NCBI GenBank assembly: GCA_963714085.1
Contig: OY970229.1
Span: 1,312,001-1,376,000, forward strand
DNA length: 64,000 nucleotides
DNA from: an uncultured Candidatus Micrarchaeota archaeon
GTDB taxonomy: Archaea; Micrarchaeota; Micrarchaeia; Anstonellales; Bilamarchaeaceae
Direction of reading: 5' to 3'
Of this stretch, positions 10,133 to 18,799 are shown in pieces. The notes under the pieces were generated by a model. The model ran no database searches, was not told the origin of the DNA, and was given only the letters and a program-made list of their open reading frames with translations. Numbering within the stretch: the stretch's first letter is position 1; each line of letters starts with the position of its first letter. A program made the translations under genes and the position numbers.

Positions 10133-10966
10133 CTACTCAAGGCCAGCAGACTCGTCGAAACCGCACATGATATTCATGTTCTGGACCGCCTGGCCCGCAG
10201 CCCCTTTCATGAGGTTGTCCAGCGCGGAGATGATCACAGCCTCCCTGCCCTTCTGCGTGACGGAGATATCGCAATAATTGGTGCCCAGAGATGCCTTGGT
10301 TCCGACATCATCCTTTATCCTCACGAAAGTCTCGTGCGAATAATGCGTTTCGAGCGCATAGTGCACGCTGAAGTCAGCTTTTAGGGTCAGGTTTATGGTA
10401 GAAACGATCCCCCTTTCCAGACATTCGGCTACGATGGGTGTGAATGCCATGCCGGTCAATCCAAGCTCATGCTCCATCTCTCCTATATGGTCATGCTCCC
10501 ATCCGACCTTATACGCCCTAAGGCCGCCGTCAACGATTGCGTTCCTACCAGCCCCGGATATGCCTGAAACGGAAACCACTTTGATGCCCTCCACCAATCC
10601 CTTTATCGGCAAAAGGCCGAGTATTATGCTGGTCGCATAGCACCCGGGGTTGGAGACGAGCTTCGCAGCCCTTATCCTGTCCCTGTTTTTCTCCGGCAGA
10701 CCGTAAACCGCGTTCCCGCTAAGCCGGAATGCCCTGCTGAAATCTATTATTCTCTTGTGTTCCCCCAGTAAACACGGGACTCTTTCTCGAGAGACGTCAT
10801 TCGGTGTGGCCAAGAACATGATTTCCGCATCCTTCAACTGTCCGTCGCTAACCTTGCTGGACGAGCAATAAATCAGATCGACCAATGGGTGTTTCTGCAG
10901 CAATTCCTTTGCAACCCCGCCGCTCATTCCGGTACTGCCAACCAATCCGACCCTGACTTTGTGCAT
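10133..10966 (-). CDS. argC: N-acetyl-gamma-glutamyl-phosphate reductase (ArgC/LysY family)
   Basis: VSNPGCYAT, SGISGAGR, DNLMKGAAGQAVQNMN. Confidence 0.9.
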   Translation of the reverse strand: MHKVRVGLVGSTGMSGGVAKELLQKHPLVDLIYCSSSKVSDGQLKDAEIMFLATPNDVSRERVPCLLGEHKRIIDFSRAFRLSGNAVYGLPEKNRDRIRAAKLVSNPGCYATSIILGLLPIKGLVEGIKVVSVSGISGAGRNAIVDGGLRAYKVGWEHDHIGEMEHELGLTGMAFTPIVAECLERGIVSTINLTLKADFSVHYALETHYSHETFVRIKDDVGTKASLGTNYCDISVTQKGREAVIISALDNLMKGAAGQAVQNMNIMCGFDESAGLE

Positions 10967-11015
10967 AATGTATCATCGTTTTTAACATTTTTAAATTTTT
11001 GTAACCAATCTCCTC

Positions 11016-11088
11016 CTGCAGGGACGAGGCGCACAGGTTCGCTGTCTCTTACCAGCGGCTGCGGCGCGGGAAGAAGGCCAGGGAGTGA
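11016..11088 (+). pseudogene. Duplicate fragment of the uvrC 3' end
   Basis: 65/73 nt identical to 10058-10130, ungapped, ending in the same TGA. Confidence 0.92.
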
Positions 11089-11105
11089 GGCGCGGCCAGG
11101 GCGAT

Positions 11106-12098
11106 TCAAATCGGGAAATACAGGAACTTGTGCTCTTTGAGGACATAGAGCGTCTGGTAGCTTTTTATCAGGCCTTTGAACTTATCCAGGATGTCAGCTA
11201 TGATCTCGTGATAGTGCTCGTTGTCCCTGGCCTCCAGGTCAATCTCCATCTGCCAGGGGGCGAGGGTTTTCGCGTAGTCGATCACATAAGGATTCATGGC
11301 GATGAAGGCCGCGAGTTCCTTCTCTCTCCTCTCCCCGAGGGGGTTCACATAGAGAAGAGTTTTGTAAAGCTGCGTTCCGCCTTTCCTGTGGTCGAGCAAG
11401 AGGAAATATTTGGCGATCAGACCGCTTTTCTCGAACTTTTTTATCTTATAGGACACGGTCTCTGGCGAAAGGCCCGCCTTTTTCGCTATCCTGCTGATGG
11501 GCGCCCTCGCGTTCTCCGCGAGCATGGCTAGGATGCTCCTGTCGTTCTCGTCGAACACGAACGGCGTTTGCTTCACGTACGGCGCTTCCGTCCCGACCAT
11601 GTATTTCAGTTCGGGTGATTTCTTGTCGAGCCAGTAGCCCCGGTTGAAAAGCACGAGCCGGGTCACGATGACGAAATCATAGCTCGCTATGCGCTCCCTG
11701 TGCGGGGCGAGGATGTCGCTCACGGTCTTTTCGATTTCCATTTCGTTTTTGCCCACCAGCCCGACAAGAAGGTCGTAGGGGCCGTCGCTGCTCGCGACCC
11801 AGTGGGCCTTTTCATTTTTCGTTATCGTATCGATTATGCCTTTCTCGTCCGCCCTGTCGCTATTGAGAAAATTTATGTGAAGCCGGCAATACATGAAGCC
11901 CAGGGAGCTGAGATTCCCGATCATCCTGTAACCGCGCAAAAGCCCGGAAGATTCCATTTTGCCGATCCTGTACTTCACGGACTGCTTGCTCAGCCTCACC
12001 GCCCGGGCGATTTCTGAGTAGCTGTATCTCGAGTTGACATCCAGATTCCATAATATGGAGCGGTCGAACTTGTCCAGCTTGGCACGGGAGTCTTCCAT
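11106..12098 (-). CDS. Lrp/AsnC-family regulator, tandem-duplicated (two HTH+RAM units)
   Basis: LDKFDRSIL..SYSEIARAVRLS and FDENDRSIL..PISRIAKKAGLS. Confidence 0.88.
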   Translation of the reverse strand: MEDSRAKLDKFDRSILWNLDVNSRYSYSEIARAVRLSKQSVKYRIGKMESSGLLRGYRMIGNLSSLGFMYCRLHINFLNSDRADEKGIIDTITKNEKAHWVASSDGPYDLLVGLVGKNEMEIEKTVSDILAPHRERIASYDFVIVTRLVLFNRGYWLDKKSPELKYMVGTEAPYVKQTPFVFDENDRSILAMLAENARAPISRIAKKAGLSPETVSYKIKKFEKSGLIAKYFLLLDHRKGGTQLYKTLLYVNPLGERREKELAAFIAMNPYVIDYAKTLAPWQMEIDLEARDNEHYHEIIADILDKFKGLIKSYQTLYVLKEHKFLYFPI

Positions 12099-12192
12099 AT
12101 GTTAACTTTATCCATATATAATTTAAAATATTTTTGTTTTGTTCCAAAATAATGAAATAACATTAATATATCACAAAGAACCAAATAATACC

Positions 12193-13143
12193 ATGAAGTT
12201 AAACGGAAGGCGGCCAACGGGCCCGATCGCCGGGCCTCGCTGGGATCCGTACGCGCTCCACGACTCCGGGCGTAACATCTACGAGAATGAAGCGTCCGGA
12301 ATAACGCACAAGTACCCCCATACGGTCCGTTTCGCGCTCACCGACAAGTGCAGCCATGGCTGCGACTACTGCTACGAAGCCGGGCGCGTCTTCGGGACGA
12401 AAAGAACGCCGGGCAATCCGCTGGAAAAAAGAGTCCATGACGTCGTCGAATACGCAAGAAGCCGCCAGCAGATCTACGACATGGTACTCAGCGGCGGAGA
12501 ACCGCTCATCCTCCCGAACGACGGGTTGGAATTCGTGCTCCGTAGCCTTGCGCAGATTCCGCATCTTAAGGACATCAGGTTTTGCACCTACTCGCTGATA
12601 AAAACTCCGGACAGGATAGACAACGGCTTCCTCGCGATGCTCGATCGCTTCAGCAGCAGGTTCTCGGTCCAGATGATGTTGCACGTCGTTCATCCGGACC
12701 AGCTCACGGAAACCACGAAAGACGCGATTCGAAAGCTGCTCCGGGCGGGTGCCAGATGCTTTTCGCAGGTCCCGCTGCTTAAAGGGAAGAACCTATTCGA
12801 TGATGCCGAAAAGTCGAGGCTGCTATTGAAGGAGCTGCTCCGCAAGCTCAATGACCAGAGGATAGCGCCATATTCCTTTGTCGTCAAGATGGCCGTGCCA
12901 GGGACCGAGGCGTATGCGATGCCGCTGGAGAGGATAGTCGAGATCTTCCGGCCGCTTTTGCAGCACGAACGGGATTCGATCGGCCTTGAGCTCACCTTCA
13001 AGCTGATGGTCGCAGCCCCTGAAACCAAGGTATTCCTGTACCCAGAGACCAGGTTCGAGTACGATGGGGAGCGCGGCGGATATGTCATCCATGCCGGAGA
13101 GAAAAAGATATTCTATCCTTACGAGGATCCCTCCACGTTATAG
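12193..13143 (+). CDS. Radical SAM protein, KamA/lysine 2,3-aminomutase-like
   Basis: GITHKYP, CxxxCxxC (CSHGCDYC), LSGGEPL, HPDQL, SQVPLLKG. Confidence 0.8.
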   Translation: MKLNGRRPTGPIAGPRWDPYALHDSGRNIYENEASGITHKYPHTVRFALTDKCSHGCDYCYEAGRVFGTKRTPGNPLEKRVHDVVEYARSRQQIYDMVLSGGEPLILPNDGLEFVLRSLAQIPHLKDIRFCTYSLIKTPDRIDNGFLAMLDRFSSRFSVQMMLHVVHPDQLTETTKDAIRKLLRAGARCFSQVPLLKGKNLFDDAEKSRLLLKELLRKLNDQRIAPYSFVVKMAVPGTEAYAMPLERIVEIFRPLLQHERDSIGLELTFKLMVAAPETKVFLYPETRFEYDGERGGYVIHAGEKKIFYPYEDPSTL

Positions 13144-13166
13144 CATCCGGAAACCAGCGTCCGCGC

Positions 13167-13445
13167 CTACCAGATCCTTATCCCGCCGCTGAATATTATT
13201 ATGATGAGCAGATACAGCGGAGCGCAGCAGATCAGTCCCAGGTAGTCCCAAACATCCAGTCCGCGGGTGCAGACGTCCTTCAGGTAGCCGGTCGCGGTCC
13301 CGTCCGCGCAGCTGTAATGTATCACGGCGAGGGCGAGCACGATGCAGATCACCCACGTCAGGCCGCCTCCGATGTCAAACACGGTCTTGTGCTCGCTTAT
13401 GACCTTCCTGCCCTGCTGGTCGAACACATCCATGGTTGCCATCAA
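13167..13445 (-). CDS. Small hypothetical membrane protein
   Basis: Two hydrophobic segments. Confidence 0.6.
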   Translation of the reverse strand: MMATMDVFDQQGRKVISEHKTVFDIGGGLTWVICIVLALAVIHYSCADGTATGYLKDVCTRGLDVWDYLGLICCAPLYLLIIIIFSGGIRIW

Positions 13446-13496
13446 CTCTGGAAATGAGCATCCGTCTTTTTATCGAGCCCTGCTCCAAAAGACGCG

Positions 13497-13649
13497 CTAA
13501 AGCGATTTCAGGAAGCCGTCTTTCCCGAGCTTGAACTTGTGCTCAGGGTTCTTCGGGCAGACGAACACGTCGTTTCTCTTGGCCAGCTGGTAGTTCATGC
13601 TTGAACTCATGCGGCACGTCGGGCATATCAGAGTATACTCGTTTGTCAT
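13497..13649 (-). CDS. 50-aa Zn-ribbon-like microprotein (not in ORF track)
   Basis: MTNEYTLICPTCRMSSSMNYQLAKRNDVFVCPKNPEHKFKLGKDGFLKSL; GGAGGT SD; paralog at 35521-35661. Confidence 0.85.
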   Translation of the reverse strand: MTNEYTLICPTCRMSSSMNYQLAKRNDVFVCPKNPEHKFKLGKDGFLKSL

Positions 13650-13668
13650 GGGATTCTACCTCCGGAAA

Positions 13669-13728
13669 GTAGAAGCTATCAGCCCGCTGAGGGCGGTTTG
13701 GTTCGATGCCTGGTGAGCTTCATCGCCA
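13669..13728 (-). ncRNA. Fluoride riboswitch (crcB motif)-like aptamer
   Basis: UGGCGAUGAAGCUCACC...AAACCGCCCUCAGCGGGCUGAUAGCUUCUAC: GAUG motif, GAAGCU/AGCUUC pseudoknot, GCUGAU..CUAC end. Confidence 0.8.
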
Positions 13729-13796
13729 TGTCGCATTTACGGGTCAATTCTTAAAAAGCCTTTGATTCGGCTGCCGTACACGCGCCTCGACACGGG

Positions 13797-14960
13797 TCAT
13801 CTCCTCAATACTATCAGCGGGACGTACATCTCCTCGTCGCTAACGCCGCCATGGACGCCGACGGGATTCTTCATCTTCTCCCCGCAGACGAAATCGTCCA
13901 TCACGTAATTCCCCTTCATTATCAGGACGTAATCCCCGATCCTGCTGTTTAATTTTTCATTGGCGGAGAACAATCCGAAATAGCCTTTTTTGACGAGGCT
14001 TTCGGATCTATGCAAACTGCATTTGTTTTTGAACTCGGTTCTCACATATTTCTCGAATTGCCTGGCTTTGGAAGGGTGCACATAGCAATAGGCGGCACGG
14101 TGTTCGCCGGACAGGGGCATGGAGAGACACTCCTCCAATTTCGGGTGGTCCCTGAGGAATATCCTCTTCGACGGTTCGATATTGATCAGCCCATGGTCCG
14201 CTGTGATCACTATCGTTGTGCCCGGCTCCAGGGAGCGGTAAAGCGAGCGGAACCTCCTGTCCAGTTGTTTCAGGTGCCTCTCGACCCTTTTGTCGGATGT
14301 GCCGTATTTGTGGGCCAGGGAATCGATATCCGGCCAATAGGCATAGACGAATTTCCTCCCTTTCCTGGCAAGGGCCTTTTTCAGTTTATTGAAGAATCCC
14401 GTGAGATTCCGGTATCCGAGCCGTTTCGCCTTTCCGGAGTGGGCCACGCTATAAGCCGAATCCGCGATGCCTTCCCTCGTGACGATGTAAGATCTGGTTT
14501 TTATCCTCTCGAATATGGATTTTTGGTCGAAAATGACCTTTGGATTGATCTTCTGCCTGGTGAACGAGGCAGTCCTGTCAACACCCGCATAACGGGGAGT
14601 GAACGTGAGGATGGTCGATATCGTCCCCATCTCCTTCAGGTATACGAACCAGCCGGTGATCGCGTGCTGCTGCGGGGCGAGGCCGGTATTGAATGTGGTG
14701 ACGCAGGCCGCGGTGGTGGAAGGGAATACGGAGGTGATCCTTCCTTCCAATCTGTCGCTGAATATCGAGCCTTTGCCGTGTTTCCGCAAATACTCGTAGC
14801 CGAGGCCGTCCAGGACTACCAAGACGATGTTCTTGGAGCCTTTAAGCTCAGCCGGAGGAAGGAGCCTCAGAGGCGCATACTGCGACTTGGAGCCGTAGGA
14901 CTCCAACAGCGACGCCATCAGGTTGACGATGCTTCCGCCTTTGTAATCAGGAAGGACCAT
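13797..14960 (-). CDS. Alkaline phosphatase superfamily (type I phosphodiesterase/NPP) protein
   Basis: VVLDGLG, SVFPSTT, DSLAH, ITADHG, GVHGG. Confidence 0.9.
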   Translation of the reverse strand: MVLPDYKGGSIVNLMASLLESYGSKSQYAPLRLLPPAELKGSKNIVLVVLDGLGYEYLRKHGKGSIFSDRLEGRITSVFPSTTAACVTTFNTGLAPQQHAITGWFVYLKEMGTISTILTFTPRYAGVDRTASFTRQKINPKVIFDQKSIFERIKTRSYIVTREGIADSAYSVAHSGKAKRLGYRNLTGFFNKLKKALARKGRKFVYAYWPDIDSLAHKYGTSDKRVERHLKQLDRRFRSLYRSLEPGTTIVITADHGLINIEPSKRIFLRDHPKLEECLSMPLSGEHRAAYCYVHPSKARQFEKYVRTEFKNKCSLHRSESLVKKGYFGLFSANEKLNSRIGDYVLIMKGNYVMDDFVCGEKMKNPVGVHGGVSDEEMYVPLIVLRR

Positions 14961-15012
14961 GGTTCCGATTATCCATTATTCATTATAAATGATTGTCACA
15001 TCAATACCCATC

Positions 15013-16395
15013 ATGGCGAGGAGCTTCGGATCCACGGCGCAAATAACGGTCCCTACCGACCCCTTCAGCCGCATCATCGGGCAGGACAACGCGGCGAACA
15101 TGGCACGCGTGGCCGCGCTCCAGAGGCGCCATCTCCTTCTCGTCGGCCCTCCGGGCACCGGCAAATCGCTCATCGCGCGCGCCATGGCGTCCGTGCTCCC
15201 GTCACCGAAGCAGGAGATCTCCGTACTGGACAATCCGGAAAGGCCCGAGCGGCCGGTGGTGGAGATAAGGGACGGGGATAAGATCGCCAGGGATTCCGGC
15301 GCCGAAAGATCCGGGAAGGAAATCCCCGCGAAGGACGTCCCGGTCTTCCTGGCCGAGCGCTTGGGCATCCGCTGCAGGAGGTGCGGCATGCTCCTGGACG
15401 AGCGGGGCGCGCCATGCTCCATATGCGGCGCATATCCTGCCCGCGAGGCTGTCGGCACAAGGTTCGCGACCGCGCAAAAGGGCGCTTCAGGCAGGCAGGA
15501 GACCATCTTCTACTCAATGGATTCGCGCGGCAGCGTCGTCATGCTCACCGAGGCCGAAGTGAAGACGGAGGAGGAGCAGAGGAAGAAGAGCAGGAGGAAG
15601 GTGCTGCTCCCTCTCAAGCGCAATCCGTTCGTCCAAGCCAGCGGGGCGAGCGAGACCGAGCTCCTGGGAGACGTGAGCCACGATCCGTACGGAGGGCACA
15701 GGGAATTGGGCACGCCGCCGTTCATGCGCGTGATCCCGGGCGCCGTGCACGAGGCGCACGAGGGCGTGCTCTTCATAGACGAGCTTTCGACTCTTGGCGG
15801 CCTCCAGCGCCATCTTCTCACCGCGATGCAGGACAAATCGTTCCCCATAAGCGGCAGGAACGCGACATCGTCCGGTGCCTCGGTGCGTGTGGACGCGGTG
15901 CCCTGCGACTTCATACTCGTGGGCGCGGTGAACGTGAACGACCTCCAGCCGATACTCCCGGCATTGCGCTCCAGGATAAACGGGGACGGCTACGAGGTGC
16001 TCATGAACGCGGCCATGGCGGACACGCCGGTCAACCGCATGAAGCTCGCCCAGTTCGTGGCCCAGGAGATCGTCCGCGACGGGAGGATCCCCCATGCCGG
16101 CTACGATGCTTTCGATTCCATCGCGATGCACGCGAGGAGGATGGCGAAGGAGATAGACGGCGAGGCGGACTCGTTGACGCTGCGCCTGCGCGCGATAAGC
16201 GGGGTCGTCAAGCTCGCGGGCGATCTGGCCGCGGTGAACAGGAACGAATTGATAACGAAAGAGGACGTGCTCGCTGCGATACGGAACGCCCGCTCCATAG
16301 AGGAGAAGATGCAGGAAAAGTACGGGAGCGCGTGGAGGGCCGGCGCCTCGGACGTCCAATCGAAGCAGGCACCAGCTGGAAGGGAAACTAGGTAA
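15013..16395 (+). CDS. LonB-like AAA+ ATPase without a protease domain
   Basis: IIGQD, GPPGTGKS, ELLGDVSHDPY, GAVHEAHEGVLFIDE, VPCDF; CxxC..CxxC insert; ORF ends before any Lon protease domain. Confidence 0.85.
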   Translation: MARSFGSTAQITVPTDPFSRIIGQDNAANMARVAALQRRHLLLVGPPGTGKSLIARAMASVLPSPKQEISVLDNPERPERPVVEIRDGDKIARDSGAERSGKEIPAKDVPVFLAERLGIRCRRCGMLLDERGAPCSICGAYPAREAVGTRFATAQKGASGRQETIFYSMDSRGSVVMLTEAEVKTEEEQRKKSRRKVLLPLKRNPFVQASGASETELLGDVSHDPYGGHRELGTPPFMRVIPGAVHEAHEGVLFIDELSTLGGLQRHLLTAMQDKSFPISGRNATSSGASVRVDAVPCDFILVGAVNVNDLQPILPALRSRINGDGYEVLMNAAMADTPVNRMKLAQFVAQEIVRDGRIPHAGYDAFDSIAMHARRMAKEIDGEADSLTLRLRAISGVVKLAGDLAAVNRNELITKEDVLAAIRNARSIEEKMQEKYGSAWRAGASDVQSKQAPAGRETR

Positions 16396-16399
16396 CGAA

Positions 16400-17365
16400 T
16401 CAGAGCGGTATGCCGGCTATGATCTCTTTTATCGCGCTGAGCGGCAGCCCGAAAAGATGCTCGTAGGTCCGCTCGAACTCTTCGTTGGCATGGCGCAGTA
16501 GAGCTTCCTTGTGAACCGCATCCGCCGGGTCGCATTCTGCCTCTGTGCCGCAAGCCTTAGCGAGATAACGGTCTGTCTCAGTCGGCGTTTCCCTGTATGA
16601 CATGCCGCGCATTATCTCGTCCTCTCTCATCCCATACCTCCCCTTCAGCCGATCGATGAAGCGGAAGGAGGCTTTGAGATGGGGCTCTCCAGTGGGGTTC
16701 CTGGCTCTGGACCTGCGATTGGTTATCATTGCCCTCAGAAGTATCATCGGGTCGTCGAAATGCATGAGCTCCAGCAGCGTTGAGAGGTACTCGCCATTAG
16801 AAGCGCCTATGGGGATAGGGAGCCCGGTCATGCGCCAGATGCTCAGATGCACCCCGTGCTCGCATTCATGGGCGGCATCGCTTTCCAGGCCGGTGAAAAC
16901 GAATGCCTGATGGAGCTCAGAGAGGTAAAGGCCGCCGGGGAGCCCGGGCGCTTTGCTGAACGGCTCCGGGACCCTCGAAACCAGCATGTCACCTATCATC
17001 TCGGTCGGACACGAGCATACGATGAACCCCAAAGGCTTGATGCCAGACATCTCCTGCGGCACTGCCTGCAAACCCGAGATCAAGGCAGACCGGTTGAAGT
17101 CGCGGATCCGGTCAAGGAAATCGCTGTATCTAAACGGCGCAAATCCGGATTCCGTCCTAAAAACCGTGCCTTCCTTGAAACCAACCGGCTTTACCGGAAC
17201 GGACCAATGGACGTCCTGGCCGCAGAGATGCTGCTTCAGGAACGGGAGGTGGGTCGGGCGGCCTTCCTTCGAATCTTTCTCCACGCTCCTAAGAATTCTT
17301 TCCCTCAGCCGTAGGGCTCTCGATTCGGCGCTGAGGCCCAGCGAGTACGCGGTGAGGGAGTGCAT
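16400..17365 (-). CDS. Hypothetical protein with HExxH motif
   Basis: 321-aa ORF with AHECEHGVH; AT-rich upstream promoter. Confidence 0.6.
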   Translation of the reverse strand: MHSLTAYSLGLSAESRALRLRERILRSVEKDSKEGRPTHLPFLKQHLCGQDVHWSVPVKPVGFKEGTVFRTESGFAPFRYSDFLDRIRDFNRSALISGLQAVPQEMSGIKPLGFIVCSCPTEMIGDMLVSRVPEPFSKAPGLPGGLYLSELHQAFVFTGLESDAAHECEHGVHLSIWRMTGLPIPIGASNGEYLSTLLELMHFDDPMILLRAMITNRRSRARNPTGEPHLKASFRFIDRLKGRYGMREDEIMRGMSYRETPTETDRYLAKACGTEAECDPADAVHKEALLRHANEEFERTYEHLFGLPLSAIKEIIAGIPL

Positions 17366-17478
17366 ATGTTAATTGTGTTGGCAAATGATTAAAAAGGGTA
17401 ACCAAAGCGCTCTCTGAAGCTGGCTAGGGGAAGTGTAAAAGAAAAATAAAGAATCCCCTGGTCAGAGGATCCTTTTTA

Positions 17479-17564
17479 TGGGGGGATAACAAGGTGGAAC
17501 GGACCCTATAATGAGAGAGGCGGGAGCGGGCCCGTCCATGCCTTGCCATATCTTTCGATTAGTG
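17479..17564 (-). ncRNA. Putative structured RNA, copy A
   Basis: Long hairpin whose G-U pairs work only on the minus strand; loop GCUCCCGCCUCUCU. Confidence 0.6.
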
Positions 17565-17590
17565 TGATTGCACCAGCCCCGTTTTTTGAG

Positions 17591-17676
17591 TGGGAGGATA
17601 ACAAGGTAGAACGGGCCTAAAAACAGAGAGGCGGGAGCGGCCCGTTCTTTGCCTTGCCAATTTTTCGAGACTAGTG
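17591..17676 (-). ncRNA. Putative structured RNA, copy B
   Basis: Repeat of copy A at a 112-nt period; stem preserved despite substitutions. Confidence 0.6.
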
Positions 17677-17691
17677 CAATTTACGCACGAA

Positions 17692-18120
17692 TCACATCGG
17701 GAAGAAGAAGACCTTCTTTCCGACCTGCTTTTTGCCGAGCAGGTTCAGCTCGTATAACCGATTCAGTCTTGCGCAGGCGGCGTTCTTTCCCTTGTAGCTG
17801 AAATGCTGCCGCACGTCCTCGGCGCTTATCCTCCCCTTCTCCCGGACGAATTCCATGATTTTCTCGTCCACTTCGGGCAGGAGGGGCTCGCCTCCGGGCG
17901 CTGCGGCAGTGCCTGTTGGGATGTTCTCGAGTTTTGCGAGTATGTTCTTCAGTATCCGGTTGGTGTTCTCCCTCTCCTCGAGGAGCTTGTACATAAGCTC
18001 TCCGAGGATGACCGGGTCGCTGAATTTCTGCATGTTGTTCTCGAGGTCATTCCTGATTTCGCTGCGCAACGGGCTGCGTTCGGTGTTAAGTTTATATATG
18101 TTAACACTGTTATCTTCCAT
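17692..18120 (-). CDS. Coiled-coil plus C-terminal winged-helix DNA-binding protein
   Basis: VDEKIMEFVREKGRISAEDVRQHF..NAACARLNRLYELNLLGK; GGTGA SD before ATG 18120. Confidence 0.75.
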   Translation of the reverse strand: MEDNSVNIYKLNTERSPLRSEIRNDLENNMQKFSDPVILGELMYKLLEERENTNRILKNILAKLENIPTGTAAAPGGEPLLPEVDEKIMEFVREKGRISAEDVRQHFSYKGKNAACARLNRLYELNLLGKKQVGKKVFFFPM

Positions 18121-18175
18121 CGAAGTCACCCCGTTGTTGAGTGGTTTCCTGACAACGTTGCGATAAGATCACGCA

Positions 18176-18199
18176 ACTATCATGATAGTATCATGATAG
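18176..18199. promoter_or_regulatory. Palindromic operator candidate ACTATCATGATAGTATCATGATAG
   Basis: Two TATCATGATA palindromes next to a TTTATAAA box in a divergent promoter. Confidence 0.6.
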
Positions 18200-18238
18200 G
18201 GTTTATAAAGCTAACGTTTCTCCCATGAATCTATTTGG

Positions 18239-18799
18239 ATGCTAGGTGGCGATTTGAAATCAATGAAAGACATGGCTTTCCAGGTGCTCGACGCATTCAG
18301 GGCCAGGAACCAGAAGAGCCTCAGGAAGATAAACGACGTCGTGCTCAAAGAGGCGAGCCTGGATTTCACCAGCACCGCGTACGAGATGGCCGTGCTCTCC
18401 TACGTTTTATCCAAGATAGTCTCAAAGCCGCGATTCCTCGGCAAGGATGCGGCCCCGCGCATCAGGAAGATCGAGGACGAGATCAGGGGCCTGGTGCAGA
18501 TACTGGGCACGAACCAGGACACCGCGCCGTACTTCAAGCGCATCGCGACCGCGATCGGGCAGCTGGAGAAGCTGGACCCGCGGTTCGTGCGCGACCTGGT
18601 CTCCAAGGGCAGGCTCAAGACCGCGGCCACCATGTACGCCCAGGGCATATCGCTGGGGCTGGCTTCGGAGATGACCGGCATCTCGAAGCAGGACATACTG
18701 AGCTACGCCGGAAGGACCATGATGTTCGACAGGATAAAGGAGGAGATGCCCGTGGCGGAACGGCTCAAGGCCGCGCGCAGGGCGCTGGGCGGTGCGTGA
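18239..18799 (+). CDS. Conserved archaeal protein with C-terminal HTH (UPF0175-like)
   Basis: GISLGLASEMTGISKQDILSY; coupled to the PIN gene. Confidence 0.65.
   Translation: MLGGDLKSMKDMAFQVLDAFRARNQKSLRKINDVVLKEASLDFTSTAYEMAVLSYVLSKIVSKPRFLGKDAAPRIRKIEDEIRGLVQILGTNQDTAPYFKRIATAIGQLEKLDPRFVRDLVSKGRLKTAATMYAQGISLGLASEMTGISKQDILSYAGRTMMFDRIKEEMPVAERLKAARRALGGA

Noticed and set aside
13687..13698. 12-nt match (AACCGCCCTCAG) between riboswitch P2 and the repeat core
   Set aside because: The repeats lack the GAUG and CUAC aptamer elements; treated as coincidence.
17405..17440. Possible displaced tail of the Lon-like gene (AGCTGG..AGGGGAA..GTAA)
   Set aside because: Too short and gapped to distinguish from chance.
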